From: Phyllosticta citribraziliensis
Lineage: Eukaryota
DNA length: 64,000 bases
Direction of reading: 5' to 3'
Assembly (NCBI RefSeq): GCF_038025025.1
Contig: NW_027117341.1
Span: forward strand, 682,001-746,000
The notes beneath the pieces were generated by a model that ran no database searches, was not told the DNA's origin, and worked only from the letters and a program-made list of their open reading frames with translations. Below are positions 60,014 to 64,000 of the stretch, piece by piece (position 1 is the stretch's first letter; the number at the start of each line of letters is the position of its first letter). Made by a program: the position numbers and the translations under genes.

Positions 60014-63000
60014 TGAGTGACGACTTTATGAGTGACGACATTCGGCTTGTTGGATAGATCAATTTCGATACCACCTTGCGTTCCCGTCCACCGTTCATCT
60101 ATTCGCGTCATTCTCTTGCTAACCGCGCAACAGCAGAAGTTGTCTCACTTGCCCGCGCCAAGTCTGCCAACAAACGCTTCAGCACCATCCTGACCGCTGA
60201 CCGGGCATCCCAGCAGAACCCGCTCAGCCACACGCTGCTTGCGCGTGTATCCGTCCCTGTGTTCCTTGCATAGCCGCAACTTCCCGCCTCCGCCGCTGTT
60301 CGCCCTGCTGCAGAGCATTCCGGTCAATCAGCCAAGACCGCCATCACGGCGGGTTGCTGTTGACACGCGGCAGGTTTTTCAGTTGTCTTTCGGCGCTTTT
60401 GACAAGGCTGCAGCGAGAGCTGGTGGTTGTTTCGCGGGCCACTCGCTGCACCGCACCGTGGAGACAGCTGCAGCGGGCTTGGCCAGCTCGACTGGAATCT
60501 CTCTCCACCGAAGCCGCTGCACCATTGACATCCTTTCCACACACCAGAGCTGCTCTTCCTTCTCCTCCGTCCTGTCCTGCCCGCACCGGTATCTCCCGCA
60601 TCATTACACGACACGCCCTCATCCACACCACCTACCTACCTTACCCTTCTTGCTCGCTCCCCTGCCCTCGTCTCCATACCCATACCCATACCCACCCCCA
60701 TAGCTACCAACCAAACGCAATCAACAAACAATCATGCTTAAGCTATTTATGACAACAGCAACAACGATGGATGGACGCGATCGCGCAGCCTCCCGTCCAC
60801 ACACGCATTTACGCATCCGTCGCCGCACTTTTTCTCTGCTTACTCTTATGATGACGCCCTGACTGACTGACTAACGTGACGACGAGGCGGAAGGGAAGAG
60901 GGAAAGAAGGTTGGCTGCGCGGCAGGGAGGTAAACGTAAACGCCAACGTATGTAGGTGGGTGTGTCTTTATTTAGAAGCACCAACCGCACCGCGATAACT
61001 TAGCTACTTCCTGTAGGCGACAAGTGCGCACGCGAGCTTGACTGCTTGGTTGCTTGACTGCTTGACTATGGTACCTCTGTGCCTACGCGCTTACTTAGAT
61101 ACTCTCACTGCATGCACACTGAAGGTAAGGAAGTGCCTCAGAAAGCTACCAAAGTTCGCTTGTGGCTTTCTGTCTTTCTTTCTTTCTTTCTTTTCTTCTT
61201 ATGCCCTGTCCTGCCCTGCCATACCCTGCTGCCCTATCCTGTCCTGACATGCCCCGGCCTGCCCTGCTCGTTGCTACTCGTAAACCAGACAGGGGAGGGG
61301 AGGAGCCAAGGGATAAACCGAAGCGCGGCGTTCGCGCGCGCCGTAAGCTTATGTACTGGCTGGCTGTATCTTATGCTGTACATACACACATGTTGCCATA
61401 CATAGGAGCGCCACTTGAGGTACCGCGCCATTGGCGCGTCAGGGGAGACGGAGACGGAGACGGAGACGGGGGGGAGAGGTACACACCGAGCGAGGGGAAT
61501 AGAGTAAGGAGTAGCAGCAGCAGGAGTCTCGTCAGGTAGCGTGTGAGAGTGGCCGGCTTGCATTATTGCGGCTGCTCTGCGCTGCTCTACTCTATTGTTC
61601 TGCCGTTCTGCTGACTGGTCGAAGGAGGCGTAGAGGAGCCGCACGCGTGCTGTTTTGGTCTAGGTACCTCACGCGTGTGCGAAAGGTACATACTGTATAT
61701 ACGTGCCTGGAGACGGCAATGCGTGACTTCATGCATGCAGGTACCGACCTACTGACCTGCCGTCCGCCGGCACACCACCACCACCATGATACCCCCTGTG
61801 TGTTCTAGACGCCCGCGTCCCCCCCGACGTACGCCCGCGCATTGCTGCGTCGGCTGTCGTGTTTGAAGCGTGCGCGCGTGCGTAGGCACGACCGGAGTCT
61901 AGAGCACAACGATCACTTGCCTGGGCACTTCGGGGCCAGTCCTGTGCAATCAAGTCTGCTGGCAGGGCAGTGTAGGTAGCGCGCAGCCAGAGTCGAGTCG
62001 AGTCGAGTCGAGTCTAGTCGAGCCGCGTCCATCTCTCTCCTCATGAAACACGCTCTTTCGACCGCTCGCTCTCGCCACACGACACAGTACAACACTGCGC
62101 TACCGCCATCGCAATCCTCGCCTCCTCCTCTTACTCAATCTCTCTCGCACCGCCACAGACCGCGCGACCCGGCCGGCAGGTCGATTCATGCCTGCACTGC
62201 ACTGGCTGGAGCAGTCAACGCCCGCGGGACACCTGATCGCCAGCCAGCCAAACCTACGTCTCGGCGCGGCGATACCTACCCTACCTCCTGCGGTTTCGGC
62301 AGACGCGCAAGCAGGCAAGCAAGAAAGCAAGCAAACGACCAGGCCCAGCGCAGTGAAGCGGCGCGTTCAAACTCTGCGACAACGAGACAACTTCGGTTCA
62401 GCTGGGTACAAGTCCGCGCAGTGCACCAGTTGAGTCACTATCGCGGACGAGCGTGGGGAGGCTGACTGCCACTGCTGCTGTTGGACTGAAGAACGGTGCA
62501 AAGGGCATCCCTGCAAAAACTTTTAAACTTTCCCCGGTCTGTCTGTTTGTCGCGCTATGCGGCGGAGGGCGCACGCAAAAAGACAATCCTGAAACACCGC
62601 AGCGAGCGAGCGGTACCCCAGCTGCCTGGGAAATTGGGCAAGAGGCTACGCGGCTCTGAGCTGAGCGATTGGGCACCGAGGTCTCTTTTTTTTCGTTTGA
62701 TTGCGCGTTTTGCTGTTTGGTTGGTTGATTTGATTGCGAATTTTCCTTTTATCCCTGGCTTTTGGGTTTGGGTTGGCGTTGGCTCGGCTATTTTTGTTAT
62801 CTTTGCTGATGATGTTGTTGCTGGAGCTGGAGTTGGAGTTGGAGTTGGAGTCGTTTGCTGGACTTTGTTTGTTGGTGCCTGACCGTCGATCAGTCACTCT
62901 TGGAACGAACGACTACACGGCGGCTTTGCACGCGGCGCGTCTCGTGACTCGAGTGATCGCTGTGCTTTCACCGCTGCTGTGCATTCATGGCGATCCACAC

Positions 63001-64000
63001 ACACGCCACTCAACGGAACCTGACCGGCAGGTGTTTTGTTGGAGGTGTGGGTGTGTGGAGAATGGAGAAATCGAAAAGTGTGGAGAGCGAGATGCTTGAG
63101 CTCCACTGTGGCTCCACCCCCGACTTGCCTAATCGGCTGGCCAGCAGAGCCCAACAGTGGATGCCTTTTCGCCTCCTCTCCACACCATCAACGCGCACGC
63201 GCAGTCCATCAACCATGAGCGGCGGACAACGAGAAACGTCTTGATGAGCGCGGGGTCTGTGGGTCACGGTCCAGTCAGTCAGTCAGGCAACTCACAATGC
63301 ATCTAAAGACCCCCCTGCGATGCGCCGCAGGACGGATAGATATGCAGCAGACGCCTGACGAGTCCCTCTGGATCACGAGCACGCCACTCGACTGCTTCGC
63401 AGCTGTTATGCAGGGCCGCCTACGAACTTCGGCATATTCCTGCTGCTGAACGGCACTCCAACCAACAAGAGCTTGAGAGACCAGGCCCGCCGCGCCGAGC
63501 CGCGCAGCGCCGCGCTGGGCAGGGCGGTTTTGCTTCAAGGCAGGCTGGTAATCGGCAGGCTGGCAGGCTGGCAGGTGTGGCTCTCGCCGTCGCCACGCCG
63601 CCACGCCCCACTGCGCATACTCCAGCCACGCTGGGCGTCATGTTTCATGTGCTGCAGGAGTGCTGGGCGAAGTGGCTGGTCTCGCCGCGAAGGCGAGCAT
63701 GCGCTTTGCCTGAAGCGAGAGAGCGAACGGCGAGGCGGCGATAGGCCGGATGGGGAGCGAGTGCGAGAGTTGATACGAACACGTAGAAAGGAGCAGAGGT
63801 TGGAAACACACCAGGCCGGCAGTATCAGCAGTGCCATGCGCTTGCCGGAAGCCGGAATTGAGCGGGTGATCGGCGCATCGAGCAGACCCGGAGGAGGAGC
63901 AGCAGCAGATAACAATTCCAGGCACGGTCATCGTCTGTTCTGAGCGCACCTTGCCCCGGAGCGGAGTGCAGATGAAGCTTGAGTTGTGGGGTTCCAGCGA

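Noticed and set aside
60010..60200. Possible C/D snoRNA (GTGATGA ... CTGA) and short ATGAGTGACGAC repeat
   Set aside because: The C-box overlaps the lipase stop codon, and no terminal stem or rRNA guide is recognisable.

Overview
Eukaryotic, intron-containing, GC-rich DNA from a filamentous ascomycete (Pezizomycotina; short GT-AG introns with CTRAC/GCTAAC branch points). No rRNA, tRNA or CRISPR was recognised. Left to right: (1) a three-gene sugar/polyol module of a short-chain reductase, a divergent Zn-dependent xylitol/sorbitol dehydrogenase and an MFS sugar porter, with CreA-type sites in the promoters; (2) housekeeping genes SFI1, a 59-aa twin-CX9C NDUFAF8-like gene not recoverable as one ORF in the track, ILS1, USO1 and RAT1/XRN2; (3) a ~2.8 kb scrambled, nested Ty1/copia relic with LTRs, a Ty5-type half-tRNA primer site and a 5-bp target-site duplication; (4) a signal-peptide aldose 1-epimerase ending in KTEL, an orphan RGG-tail gene, YEN1/GEN1, a large AT-hook protein, a TLC-domain protein and a COG7-like gene; (5) a 1162-aa fusion of a PARP-like ADP-ribosyltransferase and a UBE2Q-like E2, the most interesting locus; (6) a gene-poor, microsatellite-rich region with two small hypothetical genes and a secreted type-B carboxylesterase/lipase whose canonical catalytic Glu reads as Gly. 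All family calls come from motif recognition by eye, not database searches. Exon boundaries are manual.
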